A stretch of DNA of 63,348 nt, the filler included, from Circinaria calcarea (Eukaryota): NCBI GenBank assembly GCA_051942165.1. It is 9 parts of 9 records of this genome, joined end to end, with 100 filler letters (N's around TTAATTAATTAA, not from the genome) between each part and the next. Parts side by side here need not be neighbours in the genome. Positions count along the whole stretch, not along the records: positions 56,423 to 63,348 come from JAVECS010001454.1; 8 more parts are not named here. The stretch is one strand, 5' to 3'. The position numbers and the translations under genes were made by a program. Below, one piece after another: positions 61,683 through 63,348 of the stretch; positions within the stretch are counted from its first letter, which is position 1; the number at the start of each line of letters is the position of its first letter. A model generated the notes under the pieces. That model did not search any database and had not been told where the DNA came from. It worked only from the letters and a program-made list of their open reading frames with translations.

Positions 61683-61980
61683 ACACGCCCCCTTTCCTTA
61701 TCCTCCTCCGGAACGAACATCGGGTCGCGGATTGCATATATGTAAATATATTAACCTCATTATTGGGAAGCCTTGTAACCGTTCTTTTCACAGGCAGGCA
61801 AATCTCGTCAGGCATGAAGAGGTTATCCACAACAATAAAAAACAAAACTACAGGTGCCACCTATGTGTAGAAGAGAAGACATTTGCTAGGAATGATGCTT
61901 TGACTAGGCATATGCGTGTTGCTCACCCCAACCACGACTGGCCAGAAAAAAACCGAAAACACAACGGAAAGGGGTTATGA
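61591..61980 (+). pseudogene. Rpn4-type C2H2 zinc-finger pair, in the +1 frame relative to the upstream gene
   Basis: HICKYINLIIGKPCNRSFHRQANLVRHEEVIHNNKKQNYRCHLCVEEKTFARNDALTRHMRVAHP resembles the Rpn4 DNA-binding domain and overlaps the end of ORF 61302..61682. Confidence 0.7.
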
Positions 61981-62439
61981 GAACGATATAAGGCGTACAC
62001 GTTTATTTGGAGAAAAGTACACAGTGCTCTTTGTAAAACTTCCCAGCCGTCAACAGAACCCCATTTGAGGGGCAAAACCAAGGATAGAATGCTATTATAA
62101 GAGATATCCGGCGTTTTCTTTAATTGTGCGTACAGAGGCTTTCGAACCGAGAAGAGTTCCTGAGACTCGTCATTTGTTTCCTTATGCTAATGTCTATATC
62201 CTCCCGTCTCCTCTCCTTCCAGCCCTTCCTCACGCTCACGCTCAACAAACCTCATCTCAGTGGTCCACAGTCCTCGGACTTTTTCGACAAATAGCTATTG
62301 TAAGCCTGTCGGGGTGGAAAGTCGGGAGCGGGAGTAGCGAGAGGTGGAATACCAGTGATTTGCAAGTAAAAACCACTGTTAGTGCAAAGACTAGGGACTC
62401 GATCTGGTCAATTACATCTCAAAGATCATCTGTCCCGTT

Positions 62440-62839
62440 CAGCGCCGCCAGTAATCCAAACAGTCCAGTCCAGAGGCTGGACTGTGACTGGCTTAGCAGT
62501 CTGAAGGGTGGACTGGGACTGGCAGTCTGGACTGCAGTCTGGACCGCTAGTTCAGTCCGGACTGCCAAGACTTAATTTACACGATATAGCGTCAGAAAAA
62601 GCCTAATCAAGACTAGCTTAAGACTAATATCAGTCCGGAGAATCAAAATTCCGAAAGCTACCTGTTATTTTCTTTACGATTAATTTCTTTTAAAATTAAT
62701 ACATGGACTGTAGTCCAGACTGATAGTCCAGTCCAGTCCAGCTACCCTGGACTATGACTGATAGTGCATAAACTGGCAGTCTGGACTGCAATCCGGACTG
62801 CCAGTTCAGTCCGGAACCGCTGGACTACTGGCGGCCCTG
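62440..62839. mobile_element. Non-autonomous hAT-superfamily MITE (400 bp)
   Basis: 19-bp TIRs CAGCGCCGCCAGTAATCCA / TGGACTACTGGCGGCCCTG (2 mismatches); perfect 8-bp target-site duplication GTCCCGTT (62432-62439 and 62840-62847); many subterminal CAGTCC/GGACTG motifs; no transposase. Confidence 0.92.
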
Positions 62840-63348
62840 GTCCCGTTTTGCAGGTGTGATGCCGTAGAGTACTTTACTTGAAAAGTATCTATGACTATGG
62901 TATGTAGTAATGTGAGGCACGAGCAATCCGATGGTTATACGCAGTGTATTCGAGAACTAATCGTTACAGGAGAAGAAGTGTACGAGTGAAAGGTTTTCAC
63001 TATTCGCCAAGACGCCAACTAAGCGAGTATCGCCACCCCTAACCGTAGAGCCTGACAGCAGGTAGCACTTGGGGCTTTTAGCAAAACTTATTATGTTAAT
63101 GTAATGTGAGCCTAGGCGCGGAATAACTTTGGCCCCAGCCAATACATTCCTGCATGGAAAGAAATCCCGGCTTAGCTTTACATAGCCCTGTTATACTTCC
63201 ATAACGGAGCTATATTATATTAATGGACCTTTTCTGACCAATATCAAAGCATGGATTATGGTAGGCCTGTTATCTGGTCCTTACCATATCAGGCTTAAAG
63301 TATCGGTGCCGGGCTCCCGTACATAATAAACCTCTTACAGAATTTTGC

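Noticed and set aside
62440..62839. CRISPR-like array of CAGTCC/GGACTG repeats, and overlapping ORF 62126..62575
   Set aside because: There is no regular repeat-spacer period, the context is eukaryotic, and the TIRs plus 8-bp TSD explain it as a MITE.

Overview
This window is not one locus. It is nine unrelated contigs of about 6.9 kb from a filamentous ascomycete (Pezizomycotina, judged from intron style and gene families). They are joined by an artificial 100-nt spacer (N44-TTAATTAATTAA-N44) and ordered by decreasing length (6966, 6965, 6964, 6960, 6957, 6941, 6936, 6933, 6926 nt). Eight contigs are nuclear. Housekeeping genes include TIM21, GLO3, FOL1 (partial), CAF-1A, dynactin p150, FBP26 (partial), and a head-to-head VPS27/DOA4 pair. 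Two contigs look like secondary-metabolism fragments, one of them a terrein-like NR-PKS + FAD monooxygenase + kelch set. There is also a mosaic gene joining a STAND-type N-terminus to zinc fingers, a hAT MITE, and several decayed sequences. Contig 5 (28256-35212) is mitochondrial-type DNA. It carries an RNase P RNA gene, a 5' fragment of rns, a complete mL2449 group IA intron with rps3 preceded by only 14 nt of rnl exon, the rnl 3' exon, the tRNA cluster T-E-M-M-L, and a GIY-YIG pseudogene. All calls come from reading motifs by eye; no database searches were run.
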